Origin: Candidatus Poribacteria bacterium
GTDB taxonomy: Bacteria; Poribacteria; WGA-4E; WGA-3G
DNA length: 64,000 nucleotides
Direction of reading: 5' to 3'
NCBI GenBank assembly: GCA_965197475.1
Contig: CBDANF010000003.1
Location: forward strand, 2,496,001-2,560,000
In this document: one piece after another, positions 10,728 to 21,457 of the stretch
Numbering within the stretch: the first letter of the stretch is position 1
Layout of the letters: the number at the start of each line of letters is the position of its first letter
The notes under the pieces: model-generated
Seen by the model: the letters and a program-made list of their open reading frames with translations, nothing else
What the model was told of the DNA's origin: nothing
Databases searched by the model: none
Translations under genes and position numbers: made by a program

Positions 10728-10812
10728 CGGAGAGGGTGGGATTCGAACCCACGATGGCTTTCGCCATAACTGCTTAGCAGGCAGTCCAGTTCAACCACTC
10801 CTGCACCTCTCC
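10728..10812 (-). tRNA. tRNA-Ser(GCT)
   Basis: ACTGC-CTGCTAA-GCAGT anticodon arm, long variable arm. Confidence 0.95.
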
Positions 10813-10824
10813 AGACTTTAAATT

Positions 10825-10912
10825 TGGCGGTGGGAGTAGGATTCGAACCCACGGTGACTTGCGCCACAACGGTTTTCAAGACCGCCGCTTTCGTCCACTC
10901 AGCCATCCCACC
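10825..10912 (-). tRNA. tRNA-Ser(TGA)
   Basis: GCGGT-CTTGAAA-ACCGT anticodon arm, long variable arm, encoded CCA. Confidence 0.95.
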
Positions 10913-10935
10913 ATTTTTGATAATTAACCGATTTA

Positions 10936-10964
10936 ATTATAACACATATTAGACCTTTTGTCAA
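10936..10964 (-). promoter_or_regulatory. Consensus sigma70 promoter of the tRNA-tadA cluster
   Basis: TTGACA-N17-TATAAT on the minus strand with a TG extension. Confidence 0.85.
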
Positions 10965-11100
10965 GCGAATTCGTTGGGCGGGCAGAGGTTTAATTTTCTG
11001 GTAGGAGCAAGCATTGAATCGCAACATTCCACTGTGAATTAACGCCAATTAGAGGATGCGCAAAATTTAGAGGATGCGCAAAATATTTCCGTGTATGCGT

Positions 11101-14100
11101 CTACGACAGCGTATAGATGCCCCATTGAACTCTTGTAATTTCACCTGTATCTACAAGATGGCTGAGCTCATTTTTTATTGCTTTTGGATGTCCCTCAATG
11201 GCTTCAATAAGTTCTGCAGTTCTTTTCTCGCCATCAGCAAGGAGAGATAAGATTTGGTCTCGGAAGGGAATACGAAGAGGTTTTCCTCCTCTGAGTTTCT
11301 GTAAAACTCGGTTTGCTTGTCTTGAGGAGCATCCAAGGATATGCTCCACTTTTTCTCTACTGGATTCGACAGTTAGATTGTCACGTTCTGTTTCAAAACG
11401 TTCGCGTATCGCAATCATTTCAGGAAGTTTGTCAAGTCCACCGGCAACTTCAAAATCTTCCCAGTCAAAAAGAAGTGTCTCAGGTCTGTCAATGATTTGG
11501 GGCAGTGCCAAACTTGAGATTAATACAACTTTCTTATTCGGCAACTTGTCCAACTTCGCACGCTGTACAACCCGCGAGAGTATGGATATAACACTCTGTT
11601 CATAAACACTCCGAACGCGTGCATCTGTATAATGACTGGATTCTGTATCTTCATCATAGGTGAGGGGTTCTTTGTCGTTTCCAAACAAAACCTGTGCTCG
11701 CTGCCAAATGAGTTTTTGTTTCTGTGTCGGTGTGCCGATTATCCAGACAACATGTGCCTCTTCAAAAGCGTCACTCAATCCTTCCATCTTTTTAAAATCC
11801 GCCACAAAACAAACGTTTTTCATTTTTGCGAGATCCACTAACCGTGAGGCAACTGATTTATAGGTGATAATCGCATGCTTAATGTTCGGGTCTTTCTCAA
11901 TCTCAGCCCGGATACCGAGCAAAAACCGCTGACCCGTTTTAGACATGCCGATGAGGTCCCAGTTGCTGTTGTAATCTAAAATCGCTTTGCGTGGATAGAT
12001 TCCTGTCCGTATCTGAAAAACTTTGTTTCCTGCGACCCAATCAGTTAGTTCGGTGCGGCGCACTTCAATTTTCTTATCCGGAAACGCTCTGCGAAGATGT
12101 TGATCAGAGAGGTTTGCTGACATTAACAACAGACGTTTGACGTTAGGATGCAGTACCGGCGGCACCCAGAACTTTAGCACTTTGCCGGTCCACCGTATTG
12201 GTGCATCCGCATCCCGCGTGTAATGTGCGAAGAAACTTTCAAGTTGATGCCAAAACGTCCAGTCTGGATTCGGACAGATTATCGGTAATTTCTGAATGTC
12301 TTTGACGTTCTTTATGGCGAAGATACCTAATTCGATGGCTTTGGACATCGGCATATAAATTTTCAGGTCTTCGTTAAGTGCAAGTGACGGCAGTGAAAAA
12401 ATGGGTAGGCCTTTTGCCGTGAGTTTTTCTGCAGCGTTATTGTCAAGAGGAGTGTAAGCAGACGCGCCTCCTTCAAACTCAACGGTAAAACGTGCTAATT
12501 GCTTTCCGGTGTCAGGATCAATAAACTCACGCGTGATAATTTTACCCCGTACATTGACGAGACACATCTGTTGAATGAGGCTGTCTTGCTGCCATTCAAA
12601 TGCACGCATCACTGCGCGAATCCGCTTGACCGCATCCGCATGAGGTTTGTCTTTGATTTCTACTGCATGGAGTAAAGCTTTGGCAAAGTTTCCCAAGGCA
12701 CCTCCTTGCCAGTTGACACTCCATTCTTCCAATATCTTTTTCGATAGTTTACATTCCGGAAACAGTTCGTACGCGTGTATTCTATCAATGACACAAAGCC
12801 TTTCCGTCTCATCCATCTGCCTGAGGATTTCTTCTGCCATTTCCGCGTGTTGTGGGTCGAAAAAAAGTTGGGGGAGTGCTAATATCTGGGTCTTGGCGAG
12901 TTGTAATGAGGAGGGTTGCGCCAAGAATCCACGCTGCTGACATTGTGTATAGACGGGGCACTGTGGACAAATGCTTTCACGCGCATCACCGCCCTTTTCT
13001 TCAAGCGCATCACATCGCTCCGGATCCTCACAGACATTACCCAATTGAAACGGGGTTACCATGCGAACGTCAATAGGTATCTTTTTCACCTGCTCCCACA
13101 GGTACATCCGAGGTTTTCAGCGTTTGGACAATGGAAAATTTCGGTTTTGATAGCGGTTTTCTAATTTTTCTGCTAATTTGTAGGTTGGCACGTTTAAGCA
13201 GGTTGCACTACCTTTACTGACATTGGATACGGCTTCATAATGTTTCTCTGAGTCTGTTTCCGCAATTAGTCCGAGAATACGATCAGTTTGATCGAAAATA
13301 TTCTGTATCCGAACACCATTCTTTTCGAGTGTCTCATAAACCTTTTCTGTCTGTTCTGACTTGTGCAACATAGGAGAAGGGCGTTTTATCGCCAATGGAC
13401 TAAGTTTTCCTTTTCGGACTGTGAGCATCTTTTTGGATATAGGCATACCGGCAAGAGGTATCAGAGAAACAATCCCCGTATCGTCCCATATATCCGTTAT
13501 TGGTGTGGACATCATGGGCAGCCCTATATCGGGTGCCGATGCGCGTAACCACACCTTGTTCTCGTTTTCCCACAACGATATGTAGGTACCTCCAACATTA
13601 CTGTTGGGTGCTCTCCATCGGTGAGAGTCGTTATCTTGCAGGATATAAGAAAAACCCCGCTTTACAAGCGTCTCTTTTGCGAGATCAAGGTTATACGAAC
13701 CCAGAGAGAAGGGTACTTCGCGGACAATTTGTTCCTGTTTTATTTTTTCGGGGGCGGGTTCATGAAGTACAGCGCGTAGGGCATCAATAGGCGCAAAGAC
13801 GACCTCTTTAGCAATGACGGGCGGATCTAACAGATTTCCAAGCAGAATTTCATTGCGCGCATCCCACTGATTGTGTCCCTCCTTACCAAAAACTTTAAGA
13901 TATACATCTCGTTTGTGTGGACTTTTTGGAGTGGGTACGTGCTTGTAGATATAAGATTTCATCTCCTCGTCATTTGGGTGGAGGTAATCCGGTATTCTGC
14001 AAGAAAAACGCAACCCTCCAGCTTTTGACATCGTCAAAAGTGGATTCGGAACAGCGTCAATGAGTGCCTCTATGCATGTAAGAATAGCATCAGGAGCGAC

Positions 14101-14484
14101 ACATAAGGCTTGATATGTAAAATTGAAGTCGTGCCACTGGGCACCGTCAAGTTCGGAGGGGATACCGGTATATATCTGAATTCCCCATGATGCGCGCCAT
14201 CGTCTCATTCCCCAATCTTGTATTCCCTGCCGTTTCAAAAAGCGTTCACCTCCCAAAGTTCGCGGGCCACGATCATTCTCAGGAGCCTGACCTATGGGCA
14301 TGAAGGAGATGTTTGCTTGTTCTAAGTCAGCAAGCAGCATAGGGTTTCTGTACGCACAATAGACTGTAAGATGATAAGGATAACCCTTATTGTACAGCGC
14401 AGGTGTTACTACTGTTTTCCGCTGCCGAAGCGGTTTTTCGTGCCGTTCATGGCAACGTTGAATAAGGTATTGCAAGGTATTCAT
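11101..14484 (-). pseudogene. Large hypothetical protein resembling a degenerate primase-polymerase / SF2-helicase fusion with a C-terminal wHTH, interrupted by one in-frame TGA (13117-13119)
   Basis: ORFs 13117..14526 and 11101..13107 are in the same frame (...LSKR*KPRMYLW...). Degenerate AEP-like motifs (WHDFNF, SKAGGLR), helicase-like motifs (AETDSEK, VPTYKLA, CVIDR) and a Cys cluster. Confidence 0.55.
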
Positions 14485-14741
14485 AGCTAAAAAAAAGATT
14501 GGTATGAAAACGAAGATGTTTAACAAACGACAACTTTACAACATAGTATAACATAGAATCAGGACACGGTTAACTATAATTATATTATAATACTTCTTTT
14601 TAATCAAGTTTTTTCTTCTTTTTAATCAAGTTTTTTTGTTTTGACAAGAAGATTGGCTGACCCCTGAGATTCGAAAAATTGATAAAAGTCATAGAATTGC
14701 GCGTTTTCAAGCCAATTAAATATTTTTTTTGGCAGATTTAC

Positions 14742-14771
14742 TTGACTTGTGTGGTTAAGTTGTGGTATAAT
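14742..14771 (+). promoter_or_regulatory. Sigma70 promoter upstream of the di-heme protein gene
   Basis: TTGACT-N18-TATAAT with TG extension. Confidence 0.65.
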
Positions 14772-15004
14772 TAACTGTATTGAGACATATTTATAATATT
14801 TATATATAAATAAATGGAAATGTCATAATATGGCTTTGGGTAAAGATAATTTTCAATTTAGGTTTGAAACTTAGGAATCTCTAATCTGTTAGATATTCTG
14901 TGTCTGTTCGCTGCTGGATTTGAATAGACAAGTTATTCGAACATTTCGTGTGCATAATCAACCGTGGCGCGATAAATCAAAAATCATAATGGGAGGATTG
15001 GAAA

Positions 15005-16219
15005 TTGAAAAGTTTTTACATACTATTTCTTGTTTTATTTGCAGTCATAAGTCTTGGTGGATGTAATGAAATGGTTCAAGTTGCGAAACCACTCATTCAA
15101 GACGAAGTTGACCTTGAAAGAGAAGGCGATAATTACACTACACCTTTTGATATGCTGTCCTATGATTTGAGCGCGACATTCATACGAGGAGAGGAGGCAT
15201 TTCAAAAAGTGTTTTTAGTCGAAGATGGGCTAGGTCCAATTTTTAATAATACCAGTTGTGTAGGTTGCCACCCTGGAAATGGCAGAGGCACACCAGATTT
15301 AGCACTCATACGATTTAGCAGGGGACATGATCTTATCCTTGATATGGGTGGACCACAGTTCCAAGATAAAGTTATCCCGGGTATGCCTTATGAAATGCTT
15401 CCTGAGGGTGTTGATAAATCAACACGACTCCCACCACCTGTTTTTGGAGTGGGACTGATAGAAAATATTCCAGTTGAAACGATTTTGTTCTATGCTGATG
15501 AGTTTGATGCTAATGGCGATGGTATTTCTGGAAGGCCTCATTGGGTAATTCCACCCGAATTTGTTCCAGCTACCGAGGTTGGTGGTGGATCGGGAGAACA
15601 ACTTGGCAGATTTGGGCGAAAAGCATCAGTTTCGTCATTAGTCCAGCAGACTGCAACAGCTTTTCAACAAGACATGGGTGTTACCAGCGGTTTCATACAA
15701 GAGGAAACCGTCAATACTGGTGACACAGTTCCTGATCCGGAGGTTGATAGTTCAACCGTCATGGACATCGTAGTTTTCATGCGGTTGCTTTCGCCACCAC
15801 CACGTGGTGTAATAACAGAAGAAGTTAGACAGGGAGAGAAACTTTTTGACACAATTCAGTGTGCTACTTGTCACGTCCCAACGATGCAGACAGGACCGTC
15901 CCCTATCCCCGCTTTGAACAAGGTAGATGCTCACATCTACTCTAACTTTCTTTTGCACGATATGGGTGAGGAATTAGCGGACAACCGTCCAGATGGTTCT
16001 GCAACCGGAAGAGAATGGCGGACTGCACCGCTTTGGGGAACTCGCTTGGTAGCGAAATTCCTTGGCGGCACCCCGTTTTACCTTCATGATGGGCGCGCCA
16101 CTACTCTTGAAGGCGCAATTCGAGCGCATGGCGGTGAGGCTCAGAATGCAAAGGAAGCATTTTTCAACCTGTCTGAGACAGAACAGCAAACTGTTATTGC
16201 CTTTCTTGAATCGCTTTAG
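15005..16219 (+). CDS. Di-heme oxidoreductase family lipoprotein (DUF1111/DHOR-like)
   Basis: Lipobox LGGC; CVGCH and CATCH heme motifs; GLGPIFN, LLHDMG, WRTAPLWG, YLHDGRA. Confidence 0.9.
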   Translation: MKSFYILFLVLFAVISLGGCNEMVQVAKPLIQDEVDLEREGDNYTTPFDMLSYDLSATFIRGEEAFQKVFLVEDGLGPIFNNTSCVGCHPGNGRGTPDLALIRFSRGHDLILDMGGPQFQDKVIPGMPYEMLPEGVDKSTRLPPPVFGVGLIENIPVETILFYADEFDANGDGISGRPHWVIPPEFVPATEVGGGSGEQLGRFGRKASVSSLVQQTATAFQQDMGVTSGFIQEETVNTGDTVPDPEVDSSTVMDIVVFMRLLSPPPRGVITEEVRQGEKLFDTIQCATCHVPTMQTGPSPIPALNKVDAHIYSNFLLHDMGEELADNRPDGSATGREWRTAPLWGTRLVAKFLGGTPFYLHDGRATTLEGAIRAHGGEAQNAKEAFFNLSETEQQTVIAFLESL

Positions 16220-16442
16220 GAATGTAGAGCAGGGCCAAGACCATTTTAGATTCTGTGTTAAATGACGATATTACAAAGACGTAAACACCTCGCCCTGGGG
16301 AGAGGCGATGAATGCCAACGCGCATACTGCGTTGATTGGCATACTAATAATGTCCCCTGAATAACCAATTCATTAGAGTTGTTATTCCTCCTAGCGGGGG
16401 AGAAATCCCCCGCGCTAACAAGAAGTGGGTTTTGTCTGAACG

Positions 16443-16481
16443 AATCAACGCTGAATATTATATGTGAATTCGGCGTTGATT
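16443..16481. repeat. Palindromic repeat / possible bidirectional terminator (AATCAACGCYGAAT family)
   Basis: AATCAACGCTGAAT...ATTCGGCGTTGATT between convergent genes. Confidence 0.55.
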
Positions 16482-16504
16482 CAAGAAGCGAATGTTATAG
16501 CAGC

Positions 16505-17455
16505 TTATAATGGTAAACGGGTTTGGTCGGTATACTGTCTGATCCGTTCGTGCGCCAGATCAATATATTTTTTTTCAATATCGTAGCCGATATAATGCCG
16601 ATCCGATTTCAGAGCACTCAGACAAGTTGTGCCACTTCCACAAAATGGGTCCAAGACGACATCCCCTACGAAAGTGTAGAGTTGAATTAAGCGATGTGGT
16701 AGCTCTTCAGGAAATGGAGCAGGATGGCCGATGCGTTTGGCTGAAACAGAGAGGAATGTCCAGACGCTTTTTGTCCATGCCAAGAAATCTTCTTTGCGAA
16801 TAGAATTCTCTTTGTCGTTGTGTTTCCGAGAAAAGGAATCTTTTGAGAAAACGAGGATATATTCGTGAACATCTCTCAACACAGGGTTCGCTGCTGATAA
16901 CCAACTTCCCCATGCCGTAGAACTTCCCGCACTTGCGGCTTTATCCCAGATGATCTCACCGCGCATGTAGTAGCCTATTTCCAACATATCTTCTATGATG
17001 TGACTGTGCAACGGGATATACGGTTTCCTTCCTAAATTGGCAATATTAATGCATGCCCTTCCACCGGTTACTAATTTTTTATAGGTTTCGGCAAACACGG
17101 TGCGGAGAAGTTCTCTATATTCGTCTAACGACAGATCGTCGTCGTACTCCTTTTTCGCATTGTAGGGCGGTGAGGTAACCATCAGATGGATGCTGCCATC
17201 TGGAATTTCGGACATCTGTTCGCTGGAGGCACAATAGAGACGGTCAAGGTTTTCAGTCGGAATTGGGTTGTCTACCCACGTTTCGGGTTCAGGAGGCTCT
17301 TGGTTTGCATAGAGTTTACCCTTATAAAATTCAGTGGAGTCGTGATTGATTCTTCCGGGTGTTCCGAATGCGCTTGTCTGGGTGCCTTGCTTTTGAGATT
17401 CCGAGTTCGTTCTTCTCATATCTTCTATCCACCTCAATACCGATCTGGATACCAA
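16505..17455 (-). CDS. Orphan beta-class N4-C/N6-A DNA methyltransferase
   Basis: TSPPY motif IV precedes DPFCGSGTT motif I; HPAPFPEEL; no adjacent endonuclease. Confidence 0.92.
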   Translation of the reverse strand: MVSRSVLRWIEDMRRTNSESQKQGTQTSAFGTPGRINHDSTEFYKGKLYANQEPPEPETWVDNPIPTENLDRLYCASSEQMSEIPDGSIHLMVTSPPYNAKKEYDDDLSLDEYRELLRTVFAETYKKLVTGGRACINIANLGRKPYIPLHSHIIEDMLEIGYYMRGEIIWDKAASAGSSTAWGSWLSAANPVLRDVHEYILVFSKDSFSRKHNDKENSIRKEDFLAWTKSVWTFLSVSAKRIGHPAPFPEELPHRLIQLYTFVGDVVLDPFCGSGTTCLSALKSDRHYIGYDIEKKYIDLAHERIRQYTDQTRLPL

Positions 17456-18630
17456 AAAATTATATCGCGTTTCGGAAACAACGTTCCTAAAAATGCAGAA
17501 ACCGAAGCATCCGAATTGACCTGTTCCCAGCCTATTTCACCAAACAGCAGTTGCCAAAAATTTTCTTCATTCATTCCCAAACTGACTGCATCCGAAGTAT
17601 CATCCACAATTTGAATCGTGTCGTTACCGTTGTAACGCAACACTGCCTGTTGGTTGTTGACAATCGGAAATTTTACTGCGATTTGTGGAAACGATTCCTC
17701 GGAAGCAGCAATCTGCGATTCCCACTCCACCACGAGCCGCCGCAGAAGCACGGGTAAACGGACGGCATAGAGCATCATTGCTGTATCTGTGATTGAATTT
17801 AGCTCTCTGTTGGACGTTGTTATGAGGCATTGGACAAACGGATGTTGGGGTGAAAACATGCCCTTTATCTCTTCAACCTGATTTGCTTCACACGCTTGCA
17901 AAAGGTGGCAGACAAGCGCGTCCAAAACATCTGGATTATCGGGTAGGTGTCCTACTTCACGCACCTTCGCACACTTTCCGTCAATCTCATAGTTGAGGTA
18001 TCCACAGATATTCCCATTGCAATGAGCAACAACGGTTGGAAGAATGCCACGGATACGCGAGGGTTCCATATCCCAATAAGCGCGCGTGCGAGAAACGGTT
18101 CCACTCTGTTGCGCGTTCGCTGTGTCGTGTATTGATGCCACAGCATCTAAATCGGTTTCTGCGTTGAAAGCCCTAATCTGCAAGTCTGATGGTTTTTCAG
18201 TTGTTGCCGAGTTATATTTTATCTGGAAACCGTGTAGCGGAAAGGATGTCCATCCGAATTTGCGGTAAAATTCCTCCGGAATGATGGTAAACAACACCCC
18301 AACGTCATACCCCGTTGTCTGCAGATACCCGATTGTGTGTTGCATGAGTGCAGATGCATAACCCACTCCACGATATTTTGGATGGGTGCAGACACCACCG
18401 ATACCACCCATCGTCACAAGGGACGCACCGACCCTTAACCGACGTTCCCAAACGCGCAAGGTCGAAACAACCCGATCATTCACGACAACGACTCGGGTCT
18501 GCGAAAGTCTATAACTGCTATCCCCTCGGACGTACTGCCAATAGCGTTCATGCTGGTTCGGATTGAACGCCATGCAGTTGAGTTCAACGACCTGTTCTAA
18601 TTCTGATTCCTGTGCTGCTCTTATTTCCAT
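17434..18630 (-). CDS. Eis-like GNAT acetyltransferase
   Basis: GIGGVCTHPKYRGVGYAS and FYRKFGW motifs; tandem GNAT length. Confidence 0.85.
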   Translation of the reverse strand: MEIRAAQESELEQVVELNCMAFNPNQHERYWQYVRGDSSYRLSQTRVVVVNDRVVSTLRVWERRLRVGASLVTMGGIGGVCTHPKYRGVGYASALMQHTIGYLQTTGYDVGVLFTIIPEEFYRKFGWTSFPLHGFQIKYNSATTEKPSDLQIRAFNAETDLDAVASIHDTANAQQSGTVSRTRAYWDMEPSRIRGILPTVVAHCNGNICGYLNYEIDGKCAKVREVGHLPDNPDVLDALVCHLLQACEANQVEEIKGMFSPQHPFVQCLITTSNRELNSITDTAMMLYAVRLPVLLRRLVVEWESQIAASEESFPQIAVKFPIVNNQQAVLRYNGNDTIQIVDDTSDAVSLGMNEENFWQLLFGEIGWEQVNSDASVSAFLGTLFPKRDIIFWYPDRY

Positions 18631-18650
18631 TCCTTTGTCCTAACGCCAGT

Positions 18651-19715
18651 TTATCGCATTGAGAAGATAACCCCTAACGCCTCATTTGGGGTTTGAATCA
18701 ATTTTTCACATCCGTCTGCGGCTTGATCAATTGGCACAATATCTGTAATCAACGGTTGTACCTTGATTTTACCCTCAGACATTAACCGCAGTGCTAATTC
18801 TAAATTGCGCTGTGTTAGCCACGGAACAAACACAGGCGGGTAATCTGCACCGTGTTCATAATCCTCATCGTGGTAGCCGGGGCCGGTACGCGCCGCGCTG
18901 ATAACATCAACATTGCCAAGTCCTGCTGCAAAGCCGTGGGTAATGCTGGCACCACCAACGATGACAATCCGTCCCATTTTGTGCGTATCCGGTGCTGTTT
19001 TCAGCATCGCGCGGATCTGTTGAAATGCACTCGTTGCATCTCCGCCGAACGCTATTATCCCACAATCCATGCCATAGCCACGTGTAAATTCCTTCGCAAT
19101 CGGAATCGGATCCGTTTCAGAGACATTTATAGTGCGGTGTATCCCTGCCCCACTCTCTAAACAAACGTCAGCAATTCTGATTCGTAACGGCAGGCGGTCT
19201 AAACCGATAACATAAGCACCCGCTATTTTGGCAATTTGGGACGCGAATTGTCCTACGATGCCTAATCCTGCAACCACAACGTTTTCACCAATGCAGATAC
19301 GTCCGCGTTGCACCGCGTGCAGTGCTGTCGCCGCGAGGTGGATAGACGCAGCTTCTTCATATTTGACGTTATCAGGGATTTTAGCACATAGGTTATGCGG
19401 CACACAAGCATACGTGGCATGTAGTGCATAGCCACCTCCCATGCCTGCCACCCTGTCACCAATCTCAAATTCGTCACAATCTCCCGCTTTGCCGATAACG
19501 ACCCCAGCGTTGGTATATCCGAACGAACGTTGCTGCGTTTCGGAACCCGGATTCTCCCGCCTCTGTTTGATACCACCAAGTTCTGTCCCCGGACTAACCA
19601 TTGAGGAGTGAACTTCAATCAGCAGTTGCCCAGGTTTCGGTGTGGGTGTTTCCTGTTCTTCTGTCAAGATACGTCCTGCTTCATTCCTCATCACAACTTT
19701 TCTTGTTTTACTCAT
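18651..19715 (-). CDS. MDR-family (zinc-binding type) alcohol dehydrogenase
   Basis: VSPGTE, GYTNAG and GLGIVG Rossmann motifs. Confidence 0.85.
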   Translation of the reverse strand: MSKTRKVVMRNEAGRILTEEQETPTPKPGQLLIEVHSSMVSPGTELGGIKQRRENPGSETQQRSFGYTNAGVVIGKAGDCDEFEIGDRVAGMGGGYALHATYACVPHNLCAKIPDNVKYEEAASIHLAATALHAVQRGRICIGENVVVAGLGIVGQFASQIAKIAGAYVIGLDRLPLRIRIADVCLESGAGIHRTINVSETDPIPIAKEFTRGYGMDCGIIAFGGDATSAFQQIRAMLKTAPDTHKMGRIVIVGGASITHGFAAGLGNVDVISAARTGPGYHDEDYEHGADYPPVFVPWLTQRNLELALRLMSEGKIKVQPLITDIVPIDQAADGCEKLIQTPNEALGVIFSMR

Positions 19716-19915
19716 TTTGTTCCTTCATATTGATTTTTACAAACACGACTTCCCTATCTTGTAGTCGGAGTTTTTAACTCCGACTGTATTTTATTCTATT
19801 TTCCATTTGTTGTCAAATCAAGTATAGACATAAAAAATTATTTTTATGTCGGAATTCTCCCCAAATCTACGTGATTATTAATGAAGGCAACAATAGATTT
19901 TCTTGGGGGAGGGAA

Positions 19916-20660
19916 ATGGATGGTGATGCACTGCATCGTTGGTTTTTAGAGACAGGCAGCGAAGAAGCATTAAATTTGCTTATGCAGAAGTACTATAAAC
20001 CAATTTACGATCACGTTTTCGCGATCTTGAGAAATCATCACGATGCCGATGAAATCACGAATGAAACCTTCCGAAAAGCCTTCAAAGAGAGGGAAAAGAT
20101 CCAGTATCCTGATAAACTTGTCGGATGGTTATATACCACCGCGAAACATGCGGCGATTGACCGCTTAAGAGCCAGGCAGCGAGAAGTCAACCGTATGCCA
20201 GAATTAGTCTCTCTTGATAATTTGGATGGTGAAAGAAAAGCTGCAGCTGCGTCAATACTTGCGGCACTGCAAGCAGAACAGACTGAGACGGACCAATATC
20301 TGTTGACAGGTCTCCTGCGACTTCTCTCTGAAAAGGATCGTGAGGTTGTCCAATACCTATTAGATGACCTAAAGCCGAAGCAGATCGCTGAAGCGATAGG
20401 TTCCACAGCCGAGGCAGTTCAGAAAAGGTGGGAACGGATACTCAAGTGGTTACGCCCGATTGCTCATCAGTTAGACGAACTGCTTGATAATCTTCCATCT
20501 CAAGAACAGAAGGTTATGGAACGGTATTTAGACAATCAACCTCTTGAATATAATAGGTGAAAAATTAGGTATCTCCCCGACTGATATTGAAGTATGTGTG
20601 AAACGTGTAGTAAAGCAGTGGAAAGAATTACTAAATAAAACGCCACGAAACGGAGGATAA
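19916..20660 (+). pseudogene. ECF sigma factor with a duplicated region-4 domain; +1 frameshift near 20549 truncates it
   Basis: Region 2 (DADEITNETF, WLYTTAKHAAID), region 4 (PKQIAEAIGSTAEAV); a second HTH (IGEKLGISPTDIEVCVKR) continues in the +1 frame to TAA 20660. Confidence 0.75.
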
Positions 20661-20661
20661 T

Positions 20662-21447
20662 ATGCTTCGCGACATCTGGACAAATAAATGGTTTATCGGT
20701 GGCTTCGGTTTTCTGATTGTTTTCGCGGTGCTGTGCCACTTCTGGTACCAACACGATATAGCATCATTCCAAAAACAGCTATCGGTTAATGATGATATTA
20801 TCCTTCAAGTGTCTCAAAAGGCACAGAAAGCGTCTCAAAAGGCACAGAACCCTGACAAAACAATGGAACAGGCAGATGTCCTGTTGGAAGAATCCTTTGA
20901 ATTCGTGGAAAATATGTCTGAATCTGTTTGGGATACGTCGGTTCCCACAGAGGAGACAACAGAAAAAACCGACACGTTTGCGGAAAACACAGACTTAACT
21001 ACGGATGCTCGGACCTCTCCCTTTGGATTTGGTCCGTACCCTGAAGTTCCCACCGATTTTCCGTTTAGGGAACAACTTTGGGATAACGTCACGCCAGAGC
21101 ATGAGTTGTTAGACCGGGTTCGTGTTAAGTTATGGAAACAGGGCACACAAACTACAGGTGCCATGTTTGATAGTAGTAATGGTCTCATTTATCTATCTAT
21201 TCCTGGTGTCCTTTACGTGCAATGGCATTACGTTGAAGAAGGACCTCCTGAGTACGTAGGGCGACGGTATGCCACACGAGTCATGGGTAACCCAGATACT
21301 ACTGAAAAGTGGAAATCTTCATACCTAACTGATTATATGTTTGAACGCACAGACGTAAACAATAACGTTGAGGCATCAGATATAATGGTTTATGAATACC
21401 CAGATAGGGGTATAGACCCCTACAAATTCCTCGATTTACCGAGGTAA
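20662..21447 (+). CDS. Hypothetical membrane-anchored protein (possible anti-sigma partner)
   Basis: N-terminal TM helix, GGAGG RBS, directly downstream of the ECF sigma. Confidence 0.6.
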   Translation: MLRDIWTNKWFIGGFGFLIVFAVLCHFWYQHDIASFQKQLSVNDDIILQVSQKAQKASQKAQNPDKTMEQADVLLEESFEFVENMSESVWDTSVPTEETTEKTDTFAENTDLTTDARTSPFGFGPYPEVPTDFPFREQLWDNVTPEHELLDRVRVKLWKQGTQTTGAMFDSSNGLIYLSIPGVLYVQWHYVEEGPPEYVGRRYATRVMGNPDTTEKWKSSYLTDYMFERTDVNNNVEASDIMVYEYPDRGIDPYKFLDLPR

Positions 21448-21457
21448 GGAGAATATA

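Noticed and set aside
11049-11084. 18-bp tandem repeat TTAGAGGATGCGCAAAAT x2
   Set aside because: Only two adjacent copies with no spacer; most likely a local slippage duplication.
16505-17455. Methyltransferase as part of a restriction-modification system
   Set aside because: No adjacent endonuclease; it is embedded at the end of a metabolic operon.
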